Virus record (IMG/VR): IMGVR_UViG_3300034102_002101
Span: 1-64,000 of that record
Direction: 5' to 3' (one strand)
Source: a virus
DNA: 64,000 nucleotides
This document shows positions 30,025 to 40,148 of the stretch, in pieces. The notes beneath the pieces were generated by a model. It saw nothing but the letters and a program-made list of their open reading frames with translations. It ran no database searches and was not told the origin of the DNA. The position numbers were made by a program, and so were the translations under genes. Position 1 is the stretch's first letter; each line of letters begins with the position of its first letter.

Positions 30025-30978
30025 TTATAGTCGCAATTTTTCTTTAATCTGTTCTATATCGTGTTGGGCAGAAGTGTCTTTTTCCCACCAAGCCGATACG
30101 TGCTTCTTGAAATTATCGACTTGTGCTGGGTCTATATTCGATATGAACGTTTTTGTTGAATTATTCAACGCGACCAGATCAGTAGCCAGTTTATCTGATT
30201 TGGCTTTCCCATACGCCACCATAGGAGCGACTATTGCGCCAGCAACGCCAGCTATCGGTGCAAATGCTGGGAACACCTTTCCTAATATCGGTGCAATTAG
30301 AGCAAAAATATAAACGCCCGCTGCGGTCCATACCCAGAACATAAGATTATCCCATTTTGCTGCCGTGGCGTCTCTTTCAAGTGCCCATTTATTTGCTTTT
30401 TCTTGTAGGTCGTCTATTATGATTTTGTCTCGCTCTTGTGTAATTCTTAATTTTTCACTTATTTGTTCTTTTTCTTCCACCGTTTTTTGTAAATTTTTAT
30501 TTATATCATTTAATGTTTGTTCCCCCTGTAATCTGACAGCTTTTATTTCCGAGTTTAGGTTAGAAACTAATAATTTTATCTCTTCTATAGCCTTTGGGTC
30601 CAATGGTCCAACCGCCTGATCCAATGCGTTATTTGCCGTGTCGTTTAGAGTTTTTGCCGTTTCCAATTCTTTCACCGGTAATTTTCCGCTTGCTGTCGTC
30701 ACTTGCGCAGCTGTTATTGCTACCCCAGTACCCACAGATGCACCATGAGCAGTTTTTAATTGTTCATCTATTTCTTTTTGGATTTTCTTCTTTAGTTCCA
30801 TTTCTTTTTGTTCTGCCGTTTTTTTTGCATCGTCCACATTTGCTATTGGTGAACTATCTCTATTTCCTGCCTTATTTTGAACAAAAAAATGAATACCGAA
30901 ATATCCACAAACAGCTATTACGCCTACGGCGATGATAGTTTCTACGCCAAATGTACCCTTACGTTTTGGATCTTTCAT
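30025..30978 (-). CDS. Membrane-anchored coiled-coil protein
   Basis: N-terminal hydrophobic segment, central coiled coil, two hydrophobic segments near the C-terminus. Confidence 0.7.
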   Translation of the reverse strand: MKDPKRKGTFGVETIIAVGVIAVCGYFGIHFFVQNKAGNRDSSPIANVDDAKKTAEQKEMELKKKIQKEIDEQLKTAHGASVGTGVAITAAQVTTASGKLPVKELETAKTLNDTANNALDQAVGPLDPKAIEEIKLLVSNLNSEIKAVRLQGEQTLNDINKNLQKTVEEKEQISEKLRITQERDKIIIDDLQEKANKWALERDATAAKWDNLMFWVWTAAGVYIFALIAPILGKVFPAFAPIAGVAGAIVAPMVAYGKAKSDKLATDLVALNNSTKTFISNIDPAQVDNFKKHVSAWWEKDTSAQHDIEQIKEKLRL

Positions 30979-30979
30979 A

Positions 30980-31420
30980 TTATTTCCTTTTATTTGTTAC
31001 TTCGTTGGTTTTCGACGATTTAATTTCTTTTAAATCAACCGGAGATTTTGTCGAGACTTTACTGTGATAGATATTCAATTTATTTATCAGTTCTTCCAAT
31101 GTTTTAGCATTAAACTTTCTAAATTTTGGAAGAGACCCACTAAAATTCTCAACAACGTAACCAATTGGTCCCTTATTTACACGAAATATTGAATATTGGG
31201 AGTTTTGTAAAATACCATTTTGCCACTCAACTTTTGGCTGAATAGATACTGTTACCATAAACGATGCTCTTTCTTCCCCACCCAATGACGTATATTGTAT
31301 ACCGACATACGGGAATTGCAATTTTTGTTTGATTTCTTGGAAAGCTGTTTTTTCTTCTGGAGAAAATGCAATTTCATTAATACATTCTCTAATCAATTTT
31401 TTTAAGTCTAATTTTTTCAT
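30980..31420 (-). CDS. Hypothetical late protein
   Basis: LKKLIRECINE N-terminus; ATATTTATA on minus strand at 31428-31436. Confidence 0.7.
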   Translation of the reverse strand: MKKLDLKKLIRECINEIAFSPEEKTAFQEIKQKLQFPYVGIQYTSLGGEERASFMVTVSIQPKVEWQNGILQNSQYSIFRVNKGPIGYVVENFSGSLPKFRKFNAKTLEELINKLNIYHSKVSTKSPVDLKEIKSSKTNEVTNKRK

Positions 31421-31478
31421 ATATACATATAAATATCCACAAATTACTATAAATTCTGTGCTATTTTGAATTTATTTC

Positions 31479-31487
31479 ATATTTATA
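31479..31487 (+). promoter_or_regulatory. ATATTTATA putative late promoter (representative of ~12 copies)
   Basis: Also at 28011, 36288, 38622, 41024, 42247, 58362, 60242, minus 31428-36; variants at 15530, 21764, 21987, 42729, minus 10057-65. Confidence 0.7.
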
Positions 31488-31491
31488 GATC

Positions 31492-34400
31492 ATGGCAAGT
31501 AAACATATCTCAGATCTTATACAATTCTCTGGTTCCATTAGCGGTGATGAGTTAATGATGTTACAGGGGGGTAGCGCTACTAGAAGAGTTGCTCTCTCTG
31601 ATGTATATGCATCTGCTTCCATATCAGTTTCTACTTCCGCCTCTATAGCATCATTACAAGTTCAGATAGATGGTAAAGTTTCGTCTTCCAATTATAATAT
31701 AGATTCAAGCTCATTCTCAACTAGAATAACCAATGAAGAGACATCTTCCTCATTATATGTTATAGATTCTGGTTCATTATCTACGAGAACCACCGATTTA
31801 GAATCAACTGCTTCCGTATTTGTATTGACATCTGCTTCTCTACAAAGGTACAACGTAGATTCTGGTTCATTATCTACGAGAACCACCGATTTAGAATCAA
31901 CTGCTTCCGTATTTGTATTGACATCTGCTTCTCTACAAAGGTACAACGTAGATTCTGGTTCATTTGATAGTAATATTGGCACTAGACTACTTACTTCTGT
32001 TTATACAACGGATTCAGCATCATTTACGGGTAGAATAACAGTACTGGAAGAAGCTACGGCTTCTATCGCAGAAACATTGTCTGGTTCGATTAATAATAAA
32101 GCAGTTACCCCCGCAGCAATGTTAATCGGTGGAAGTTTTCCGTCTAGTGGTAATGCCGGTAATATACAGATTTTGCGGGAACCAGTCGGATCTATTGTTG
32201 GAAATCGAAGGGGAACCGGATCTATTGATTTTCAACAATTCAGAGATATAAACACCCAAGTAGCATCCGGTTTATACTCTACTATCGGTGGTGGTAGTAC
32301 CAATACATCTTCTGGAAATTACTCATTCGTTGGTGGTGGTAGTAACAATACAGCTTCTGGTTATCGTTCATCTATTGTTGGTGGTCAGAACAATACAGCT
32401 TCTGGTAATCGTTCAATAGTTGGTGGTGGTAGTACCAATATAGCTTCTGGTAATCGTTCATTTGTTGGTGTTGGTCAGGACAATACATCTTCTGGAAATT
32501 ATTCGGCTATCGTTGGTGGTCAGAACAATATAGCTTCTAATACATATTCATCTGTTGTTGGTGGTCAGAACAATACAGCTTCTGGTAATCGTTCAATAGT
32601 TGGTGGTGGTAGTACCAATATAGCTTCTGGTAATCGTTCAATAGTTGGTGGTGGTAGTACCAATATAGCTTCTGGTGATCGTTCAATAGTTGTTGGTGGT
32701 GGTAACAATACAGCTTCTGGATATTATTCATTCGTTGGTAATGGTAGTAACAATACAGCTTCTGGTTATCGTTCATCTATTGTTGGTGGTGTTTTCAATA
32801 CAGCTTCTGGTTATCGGTCATTCGTTGGTGGTGGTGGTAACAATACAGCTTCTGGTTATTGGTCAATAGTTGTTGGGGGTCAGGGCCATACAGCTTCTGG
32901 ATCAAATTCATTCGTTGGTGGTGGTAGTACCAATACAGCTTCTGGTTATTGGTCAATAGTTGGTGGTGGTAGTTCCAATACATCTTCTGGATCAAATTCA
33001 TTCGTTGGTGGTGGTAGTTCCAATACATCTTCTGGTACATATTCATTCGTTGGTGGTGGATTTGGTGATGTGGCTTCTGGAAATTATTCAGCTATCGTTG
33101 GTGGTCAGAACAATATAGCTTCTGGTAGTCGTTCGTTTATTGGTGGTGGTAGTTCCAATATAGCTTCTACATATTCATCTGTTGTTGGTGGTCAAAGCAA
33201 TATAGCTTCTGGATCAAATTCATTCGTTGGTGGTGGTAGTTCCAGTATAGCTTCTACATATTCATCTGTTGTTGGTGGTCAAAGCAATACAGCTTCTGGA
33301 AATTATTCATCTATTGTTGGTGGTCAAAGCAATACAGCTTCTGGAAATTATTCATCTGTTGTTGGTGGCATCTCCAATACAGCTTCTGGATCAAATTCAT
33401 TCGTTGGTGGTGGACTGTCCAATACAGCTTCTGGTTATCGGTCATTCGTTGGTGGTGGTAGTTCCAATACAGCTTCTGGATCATATTCATCTGTTGGTGG
33501 TGGTAGTTCCAATACAGCTTCTGGATATTATTCAGCTATCGTTGGTGGTCTCTCCAATACATCTTCTAGATCAAATTCATTCGTTGGTGGTGGACTGTCC
33601 AATACAGCTTCTGGATCATATTCATTCGTTGGTGGTGGTAGTTACAATACATCTTCTGGCATAAATTCATTCGTCGGTGGTGGGTGGAGCAATATAGCTT
33701 CTGATGATCGTTCAATAGTTGGTGGTGGTAGTAACAATACAGCTTCTGGAAATTATTCATTCGTTGGTGGTGGGTGGTACAATACAGCTTCTGGTTATCG
33801 TTCATCTATTGTTGGTGGTGGTAGTACCAATACAGCTTCTGGTACATATTCATTCGTTGGTGGTGGTCAGAACAATATAGCTTCTAATACATATTCATCT
33901 GTTGTTGGGGGTCAGGCCAATACATCTTCTGGTTATTGGTCAATAGTTGGTGGTGGTCAGAACAATACAGCTTCTGGTTATCGGTCATTCGTTGGTGGTG
34001 GACTGCGCAATACAGCTTCTGGTTATTATTCATTCGTTGGTGGTGGTCAGGACAATATAGCTTCTACATATTCATCTGTTGTTGGTGGTAGTGCCAATAC
34101 ATCTTCTGGTTATTGGTCAATAGTTGTTGGTGGGTGGTACAATATAGCTTCTGGTTATCGGTCATTCGTTGGTAATGGTAGTTCCAATATAGCTTCTGGA
34201 TCAAATTCATTCGTTGGTGGTGGTAGTTCCAATACATCTTCTGGATATTATTCATTCGTTGGTAATGGTAGTAACAATACAGCTTCTGGTTATCGTTCAT
34301 CTATTGTTGGTGGACTGAACAATACAGCTTCTGGTTATCGGTCATTCGTTGGTAATGGTAGTTCCAATATAGCTTCTGGATCAAATTCATTCGTTGGTGG

Positions 34401-35088
34401 TGGTAGTTCCAATACATCTTCTGGTACATATTCATTCGTTGGTGGTGGATTTGGTGATGTGGCTTCTGGAAATTATTCAGCTATCGTTGGTGGTCAGAAC
34501 AATATAGCTTCTGGTAGTCGTTCGTTTATTGGTGGTGGTTCCGGAAGTATTGCTTCCGGCAATTTTTCTACTGTTGGTGGTGGTAGTAACAATATAGCTT
34601 CTGGTACGTATTCGTCTATTGTTGGTGGATATGGTGGTACAGCTACCAGACACGGACAAGAATCGTATTCCAGCGGTGCGTTCGGTCCTCCCGGCGATTC
34701 GCAGAGAGTGTCGTTTATATTAAGAAATAAAACAATTAACACAGCAACACCAACTACTTTATTCCTCGATGGGTCATTCAATAGATTAACCATTCCTACA
34801 GGTAAAGCTATGTCATTCCTAGCAAACATATCCGGTATAAACTCAACCGGAACTTCCGGTTCAATGTTTGTTCGACAGGGAATGATCAAAAATGTTGGTG
34901 GAACAACATCGCTAATAGGATCTGTGTCTGTTGTTGGCGTAGATATTGAAAGTAATGCTGCGACTGACGTAGACATTACCGCAGATGACTCCAACGATGC
35001 TCTACAAATTAATGTAACCGGTATTGACACCGAAGTTTGGAGATGGACCGCACACGTAAATGCAGTTGAAATAGGTTACGGAACGTAA
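31492..35088 (+). CDS. Fibre/adhesin-like protein with ~55 14-aa beta-solenoid repeats
   Basis: (S-F/I-V-G-G-G-x-x-N-T/I-A/S-S-G-x-x)n from ~32270 to 34640. Confidence 0.85.
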   Translation: MASKHISDLIQFSGSISGDELMMLQGGSATRRVALSDVYASASISVSTSASIASLQVQIDGKVSSSNYNIDSSSFSTRITNEETSSSLYVIDSGSLSTRTTDLESTASVFVLTSASLQRYNVDSGSLSTRTTDLESTASVFVLTSASLQRYNVDSGSFDSNIGTRLLTSVYTTDSASFTGRITVLEEATASIAETLSGSINNKAVTPAAMLIGGSFPSSGNAGNIQILREPVGSIVGNRRGTGSIDFQQFRDINTQVASGLYSTIGGGSTNTSSGNYSFVGGGSNNTASGYRSSIVGGQNNTASGNRSIVGGGSTNIASGNRSFVGVGQDNTSSGNYSAIVGGQNNIASNTYSSVVGGQNNTASGNRSIVGGGSTNIASGNRSIVGGGSTNIASGDRSIVVGGGNNTASGYYSFVGNGSNNTASGYRSSIVGGVFNTASGYRSFVGGGGNNTASGYWSIVVGGQGHTASGSNSFVGGGSTNTASGYWSIVGGGSSNTSSGSNSFVGGGSSNTSSGTYSFVGGGFGDVASGNYSAIVGGQNNIASGSRSFIGGGSSNIASTYSSVVGGQSNIASGSNSFVGGGSSSIASTYSSVVGGQSNTASGNYSSIVGGQSNTASGNYSSVVGGISNTASGSNSFVGGGLSNTASGYRSFVGGGSSNTASGSYSSVGGGSSNTASGYYSAIVGGLSNTSSRSNSFVGGGLSNTASGSYSFVGGGSYNTSSGINSFVGGGWSNIASDDRSIVGGGSNNTASGNYSFVGGGWYNTASGYRSSIVGGGSTNTASGTYSFVGGGQNNIASNTYSSVVGGQANTSSGYWSIVGGGQNNTASGYRSFVGGGLRNTASGYYSFVGGGQDNIASTYSSVVGGSANTSSGYWSIVVGGWYNIASGYRSFVGNGSSNIASGSNSFVGGGSSNTSSGYYSFVGNGSNNTASGYRSSIVGGLNNTASGYRSFVGNGSSNIASGSNSFVGGGSSNTSSGTYSFVGGGFGDVASGNYSAIVGGQNNIASGSRSFIGGGSGSIASGNFSTVGGGSNNIASGTYSSIVGGYGGTATRHGQESYSSGAFGPPGDSQRVSFILRNKTINTATPTTLFLDGSFNRLTIPTGKAMSFLANISGINSTGTSGSMFVRQGMIKNVGGTTSLIGSVSVVGVDIESNAATDVDITADDSNDALQINVTGIDTEVWRWTAHVNAVEIGYGT
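31765..31963 (+). repeat. Exact 93-bp in-frame tandem duplication
   Basis: GATTCTGGTTCATT at 31765, 31858, 31951; encodes DSGSLSTRTTDLESTASVFVLTSASLQRYNV twice. Confidence 0.9.
32270..34640 (+). repeat. Coding 42-bp (occasionally 39-bp) minisatellite
   Basis: Recurrent AATACAGCTTCTGG...TCATTCGTTGGTGGT units. Confidence 0.9.
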
Positions 35089-35103
35089 TTCCTTTTTTAT
35101 AAC

Positions 35104-35131
35104 TTGACAGCGATATAAATTTCCGTATTAT
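35104..35131 (+). promoter_or_regulatory. sigma70-like promoter (TTGACA-N16-TATTAT)
   Basis: Intergenic, 10 nt before ATG 35142. Confidence 0.7.
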
Positions 35132-35141
35132 TACCAAATAT

Positions 35142-35948
35142 ATGTTAAACAAAAAATTATATTGTGTATCTGGCCTACCAAGAGCAGGATCAACTTTACT
35201 AGTTAATATACTAGCACAAAACCCAAATTTCCATTGTTCAAAGAGTACATCTGGCTTACATGATGTACTCTTTGGAGTAAGAAATCAGTGGGATAATCTA
35301 ATTGAACATGCCGCAGAAATTGGTGGTGTGGATTATAACAAGTTACGTAGAGTGTTAAATTCAATCGTAGAATCCTATCACGATACCGATAAACCAGTTA
35401 TAATAGATAAAGGTAGAGGATATTTAAGTTTAGTAGAAATGATTGAGTTTATGGGAATCCAACCAAAAATATTGGTTCCGGTGAGAAATGTTACTGAAAT
35501 ATTGGCATCATTTGAAAAGTTGTGGAGGAAATCAACCGGACAATCCCAATGGAGCATAGAACAGGCTGATTATGTCCTATCCCAAACCGTGGCTGGTCGT
35601 TGTGAATTGTGGAGCAGAGCGGATCAAGTAGTAGGTCTGGCTTACAATAGATTAAAAGATGCTATACAAAGAAAACATGCGAGTAAGATGTTCTTTGTTG
35701 ATTTTGATAACTTAACCAATAATCCAGAGAAGGAAATGAACAGTATTTATGATTTCTTGGGAGAAAAGAAGTTCGCGCATGATTTCAATAATGTGGAACA
35801 ATATACCGCAGAAGATGATGTTGGTGTCCATAAAATTCCGAATTTACATACCATATCAAGAACAGTAAAACCATTACCAAAAGTGGCAAGACAAATTTTA
35901 GGAGAAGAAACTTTCAGAAAATATGAAAATTCTGAATTTTGGCGATAA
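35142..35948 (+). CDS. Sulfotransferase family protein
   Basis: 5'-PSB-like SGLPRAGSTLL, IIDKGR, 3'-PB-like VRNVTEILASF, FDNLTNNP...IYDFLG. Confidence 0.85.
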   Translation: MLNKKLYCVSGLPRAGSTLLVNILAQNPNFHCSKSTSGLHDVLFGVRNQWDNLIEHAAEIGGVDYNKLRRVLNSIVESYHDTDKPVIIDKGRGYLSLVEMIEFMGIQPKILVPVRNVTEILASFEKLWRKSTGQSQWSIEQADYVLSQTVAGRCELWSRADQVVGLAYNRLKDAIQRKHASKMFFVDFDNLTNNPEKEMNSIYDFLGEKKFAHDFNNVEQYTAEDDVGVHKIPNLHTISRTVKPLPKVARQILGEETFRKYENSEFWR

Positions 35949-35973
35949 TTATATATAAGAAAGAAAATAACAC

Positions 35974-36201
35974 ATGATTACATTAAATAGACCATTGGAA
36001 ACAGTAGTTCAGACAACTCAACAAATCTCGACAGTTACTGTCGATAGATATGTTGACTTACCATCACAGAAAGTTGTGAGAGCATTCATCACCGAACTCA
36101 ATAGACCAATAGAGTTATGGGTTGGTGATGCTTATGATGCGATTGGCGATTGGACTGCCGCGCAAGCGGAAGCCAGAGTAATCGAAGTATTGGAAGTATA
36201 A
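35974..36201 (+). CDS. Small hypothetical protein (possible fibre-associated)
   Basis: LWVGDAYDAIGDWT motif; followed by terminator. Confidence 0.65.
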   Translation: MITLNRPLETVVQTTQQISTVTVDRYVDLPSQKVVRAFITELNRPIELWVGDAYDAIGDWTAAQAEARVIEVLEV

Positions 36202-36225
36202 TATAATAATAATATTATTATCATT

Positions 36226-36257
36226 ACCCAACATCACTAAAAGATGTTGGGTTTTTT
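36226..36257 (+). terminator. Intrinsic terminator
   Basis: ACCCAACATC-ACTAAAA-GATGTTGGGT followed by T run. Confidence 0.85.
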
Positions 36258-36300
36258 GTTTTTATTGGTTGAAATATGAATAATCACATATTTATAGTTC

Positions 36301-38619
36301 ATGGCAAATAAAAAGATTTCAGAATTGACGGAATTATCCTACGCAGGAATACATGATGACGATGTGTTGGTAATTATGGATGTTAACTCAGACGGAACTG
36401 GCTTATCTGAGACAAAGAAATCTAGGATGGTAGAATTGGCTGGATATTTTTTTAGTCACTATTCTTCCGGTTCCGTTTCCATATATGCTTCCATCGATGA
36501 AGTTTTATCCGGTAGCATATCAAACAAAGCAGTTACGCCATCATCCATGTTAATTGGTGGGAGTTTCCCTTCCGATATTAATTCAGGAAATATACAAATT
36601 TTAAGAGAGAAAAGCGGATCGATCACTGGTAATACAAGAGGTATTGGTTCTGTTGACTTCCAGCAACTTAGAACCACCTCCAACCGTGTTGCTTCAGGAA
36701 TTTACTCTTCTATTGTAGGTGGGATGGATAACACATCTTCTGGAAATTATTCAGCTGTTGTTGGTGGTCAGAGCAATACAGCTTCAGGAGCTGCATCATT
36801 CGTTGGTGGTGGATTTGGTAATGTGGCTTCTGGTCTAACTTCATTCGTTGTTGGTGGTCGTCACAATACAGCTTCTGGATATGTTTCATTTATCGGTGGG
36901 GGTCAGGACAATATAGCTGGCGGTTTTTATTCGTTTGTTGGTGGTGGTAGTAACAATACAGCTTCTGGTTATCGTTCATCTATTGTTGGTGGTCGTCACA
37001 ATACAACTTCTGGATATTATTCATTTGTTGTTGGTGGTCTCTCCAATACATCTTCTGGAAATTATTCAGCTATCGTTGGTGGTCAAAGCAATACAGCTTC
37101 TGACTCAAATTCATTCGTTGGTGGTGGGTGGTACAATATAGCTTCTGGTAATCGTTCATTCGTTGGTGGTGGGTGGTACAATACAGCTTCTGGCAATCGT
37201 TCGTTTATTGGTGGCGGAATGAATAATACAGCTTCCGGTACGTATTCAACTGTTCCTGGTGGTAAGAACCATACATCTTCTGGAAATTATTCAAGTATTG
37301 CTGGTGGTCAGAACAATACATCTTCTGGAAATTATTCGGCTGTTGTTGGTGGTCAAAGCAATACAGCTTCTGGAAATTATTCGGCTGTTGTTGGTGGTAA
37401 TGACAATACAGCTTCTGGTATACGTTCATTCGTTGGTGTTGGAATGAATAATACAGCTTCTGGAAATTATTCAAGTATTGCTGGTGGTCAAAGCAATACA
37501 GCTTCTGGTATAACTTCATTCGTTGTTGGTGGTAGTACCAATATAGCTTCTGGTAATCGTTCATTTGTTGGTGTTGGTCAGGACAATACATCTTCTGGAA
37601 ATTATTCGGCTATCGTTGGTGGTCAGAACAATATAGCTTCTGGTATAAATTCATTCGTTGTTGGTGGACTGACCAATGTAGCTTCTGGTAATCGTTCATT
37701 CGTTGGTGTTGGAATGAATAATACAGCTTCTGGAAATTATTCATCTGTTGTTGGTGGTCAGAACAATGTGGCCACTGGATCAAATTCATTCGTTGTTGGT
37801 GGACTGAACAATGTAGCTTCTGGTAATCGTTCATTCGTTGGTGGCGGAATGAATAATACAGCTTCCGGTACGTATTCGTCTATTGTTGGTGGTCAGAACA
37901 ATATAGCTTCTGGTAGTCGTTCGTTTATTGGTGGTGGTAATGTCAATGCGGCTTCTGGTGTGTATTCAGTTATCGTTGGTGGACTGAACAATACGGCTTC
38001 TGGAAATTATTCGATCACTGCTGGTGGTAGGTACAATGTAGCTTCTGGTAGTCGTTCCTCCGTTGGTGGCGGAATGAATAATACAGCTTCCGGTGATCGT
38101 TCGTTTATTGGTGGTGGAATGAATAATACAGCTTCCGGTACGTATTCGTCTATTGTTGGTGGATCTGGTGGTATAGCTGCCAGATATGGGATGAGTGTTA
38201 TATCTAGTGGGTATTTTTCTTCTGTAGGTGACGCTCAGGCGGGTAGTATGATATTGAGGAATATAACTACGAATGCCACACTTACAGAGATGTTCTCGAA
38301 TGGCTCTTCTCAGGTATTTTTCCTGATTGATAATGAAACAATAGGGTTTGATGCTCAAGTAGTTGGTAGAAGGACAGACATAAAAACAGAGAATTGTTAT
38401 TTTACTGTGTCCGGAATGATAACACGAGGAATTGGAAACGCTTCGGTTTCTGTGGTCGGCTCACCAGTTATTACTGTCATTACGAGACCAAACACAAATT
38501 GGTCCGTTTCGGTAGACGCAAATACGTCAAACGGCAGTTTACGTTTTAGGGTCACTGGTGAGACAGGAAAAACTATTAATTGGGTATCGAGTATTAGATT
38601 CACAGAAATCGTCGGGTAA
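36301..38619 (+). CDS. Second fibre/adhesin-like protein with ~35 14-aa solenoid repeats (paralog of 31492)
   Basis: Same repeat; shared pre-repeat domain SGSIxNKAVTPxxMLIGGSFPS...GNIQILRE...DFQQ; related C-terminal domain. Confidence 0.85.
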   Translation: MANKKISELTELSYAGIHDDDVLVIMDVNSDGTGLSETKKSRMVELAGYFFSHYSSGSVSIYASIDEVLSGSISNKAVTPSSMLIGGSFPSDINSGNIQILREKSGSITGNTRGIGSVDFQQLRTTSNRVASGIYSSIVGGMDNTSSGNYSAVVGGQSNTASGAASFVGGGFGNVASGLTSFVVGGRHNTASGYVSFIGGGQDNIAGGFYSFVGGGSNNTASGYRSSIVGGRHNTTSGYYSFVVGGLSNTSSGNYSAIVGGQSNTASDSNSFVGGGWYNIASGNRSFVGGGWYNTASGNRSFIGGGMNNTASGTYSTVPGGKNHTSSGNYSSIAGGQNNTSSGNYSAVVGGQSNTASGNYSAVVGGNDNTASGIRSFVGVGMNNTASGNYSSIAGGQSNTASGITSFVVGGSTNIASGNRSFVGVGQDNTSSGNYSAIVGGQNNIASGINSFVVGGLTNVASGNRSFVGVGMNNTASGNYSSVVGGQNNVATGSNSFVVGGLNNVASGNRSFVGGGMNNTASGTYSSIVGGQNNIASGSRSFIGGGNVNAASGVYSVIVGGLNNTASGNYSITAGGRYNVASGSRSSVGGGMNNTASGDRSFIGGGMNNTASGTYSSIVGGSGGIAARYGMSVISSGYFSSVGDAQAGSMILRNITTNATLTEMFSNGSSQVFFLIDNETIGFDAQVVGRRTDIKTENCYFTVSGMITRGIGNASVSVVGSPVITVITRPNTNWSVSVDANTSNGSLRFRVTGETGKTINWVSSIRFTEIVG

Positions 38620-38634
38620 TAATATTTATACTTT

Positions 38635-39672
38635 ATGGCAAACCAAAAAATAACAGATTTACGTAGCTTAAATTTAGACACGGTATCTAATGAAGACCTA
38701 ATACCTATTGTTGATGTGTCCGAAAATACTTCACCTACGGGAGAATTAAAGAAGATCAGCGTAAACCAATTTACTCTTGCTCTATCCAATAGAGTTGGTG
38801 CTGGTATAGATGATAAGATAAGTTTATACACATCCAATAACTTTATACCAATCGCACAAAAAGGTGTGGCAGAAGGTGTAGCTCCTCTTAACACATTAAA
38901 CAAAATAGATGATATATATATAAATTTTCCAGCTGGTGCGGTTTCTTCGATATTTGGTAGGGGTGGTGTAGTTACAGCAAACGTAAATGATTATTCTGGA
39001 TCTTATTTACTAAAAACAGGTGACACTATATTAGGACCATTAAATGTTCCAATTACTCCAACACAACCTAGCCAATCGGTGTCAAAACAATACCTTGATG
39101 TTATTAGTTCGTCGATAAATAATAGAATTACAAGTGTAAGTTCGTCATTATCAACTAGGGTTGATAATGTAACATTTTCGGTAATTTCTGCTATATACCC
39201 AATTGGATCATTGTATAGTTCAACTATCAGTACTAATCCATCGGTGACACTCGGTGTTGGTACTTGGGTGACATTCGGTGCTGGTAAAGTACAAGTAGGT
39301 TTTAATGCTGCGGAGACCGAATTCAATACAGCAGAAGCAACTGGTGGAGAGAAGGTACATACGTTATTATCCACGGAAATGCCGTCCCATTTCCATCCTA
39401 CACCAACATTTACAGGAACTACTAATGCTGTTGTTGATCATATGCATACAGTACCTGGGCAACTTATTAACGGCGATGCTCCACTTACTGCTGGTGCTGC
39501 CGGTGCTGGTGGTGGAAATTTATCGGTAAATCAACAATATACCGGTCCCGCTGGCGCTCATTCGCATACAGTTACGGTAAATGCGAGTAACACATTGCCT
39601 ACCGGTGGTAGTTTAGCACATAATAATTTGCAACCATATATCGTTGTGTATATGTGGAAAAGAACGGCATAA
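38635..39672 (+). CDS. Baseplate/short tail fibre-like protein
   Basis: IYPIGSLYSS...NPS..LG.GTW..FGAGKVQVG, GGEKVHTL...EMPSH.H, AHNNLQPYIVVYMWKRTA. Confidence 0.85.
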   Translation: MANQKITDLRSLNLDTVSNEDLIPIVDVSENTSPTGELKKISVNQFTLALSNRVGAGIDDKISLYTSNNFIPIAQKGVAEGVAPLNTLNKIDDIYINFPAGAVSSIFGRGGVVTANVNDYSGSYLLKTGDTILGPLNVPITPTQPSQSVSKQYLDVISSSINNRITSVSSSLSTRVDNVTFSVISAIYPIGSLYSSTISTNPSVTLGVGTWVTFGAGKVQVGFNAAETEFNTAEATGGEKVHTLLSTEMPSHFHPTPTFTGTTNAVVDHMHTVPGQLINGDAPLTAGAAGAGGGNLSVNQQYTGPAGAHSHTVTVNASNTLPTGGSLAHNNLQPYIVVYMWKRTA

Positions 39673-39889
39673 TATGATTAAAAGATTCATATGCTGCGAC
39701 GGTACGATTCCTCCTTCTGGTTTTATAAAATGCTGGATATGGTCATTATTTGGCAATGTTCAGGATGGTTATATTGGCGATTCATCATGGAATCCATCGA
39801 GGACAGATTCTGTTTGGATTAGAATAAAATGGTGACGCAGAAATCCATTACTTTCATACTTTAGACTAACGGTAAATTCTAAAAAGTAA

Positions 39890-39917
39890 TTGACAATCTC
39901 AGACTTTTAACTATTAT
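39890..39917 (+). promoter_or_regulatory. sigma70-like promoter (TTGACA-N16-TATTAT)
   Basis: Intergenic, 8 nt before ATG 39926. Confidence 0.7.
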
Positions 39918-39925
39918 TGTTGGAT

Positions 39926-40144
39926 ATGAAAATCCACAAAATAGAAATTTTGATAGTTGATACCGATGACGTAGGACAAGAAGAGATAACGGATATTTTA
40001 GAAAATACAAAGTATCCGAATCATTGTATATCTCCACAGGTAAAGAAGTTCACGACCAAAGAAATCGATTGGTCTGATGAGCATCCACTGAATTTACATG
40101 CTACTTCCGAACAAGAATACGAAAGAATGTTCAAATCGGAATAA
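39926..40144 (+). CDS. Hypothetical protein
   Basis: WSDEHPLN motif; ATG 39926 in frame with listed ORF. Confidence 0.65.
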   Translation: MKIHKIEILIVDTDDVGQEEITDILENTKYPNHCISPQVKKFTTKEIDWSDEHPLNLHATSEQEYERMFKSE

Positions 40145-40148
40145 TATT

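Noticed and set aside
32270-38170. CRISPR array suggested by regular ~42-bp periodicity
   Set aside because: Repeats are in-frame coding units without unique spacers; no cas genes
32537-38358. His/Gln-rich and Leu/Val-rich repeat ORFs in other frames
   Set aside because: Frame-shifted or antisense readings of the 42-bp coding repeat
31492-38619. Diversity-generating retroelement (template/variable repeat pair)
   Set aside because: No reverse transcriptase in the window and differences are not adenine-specific
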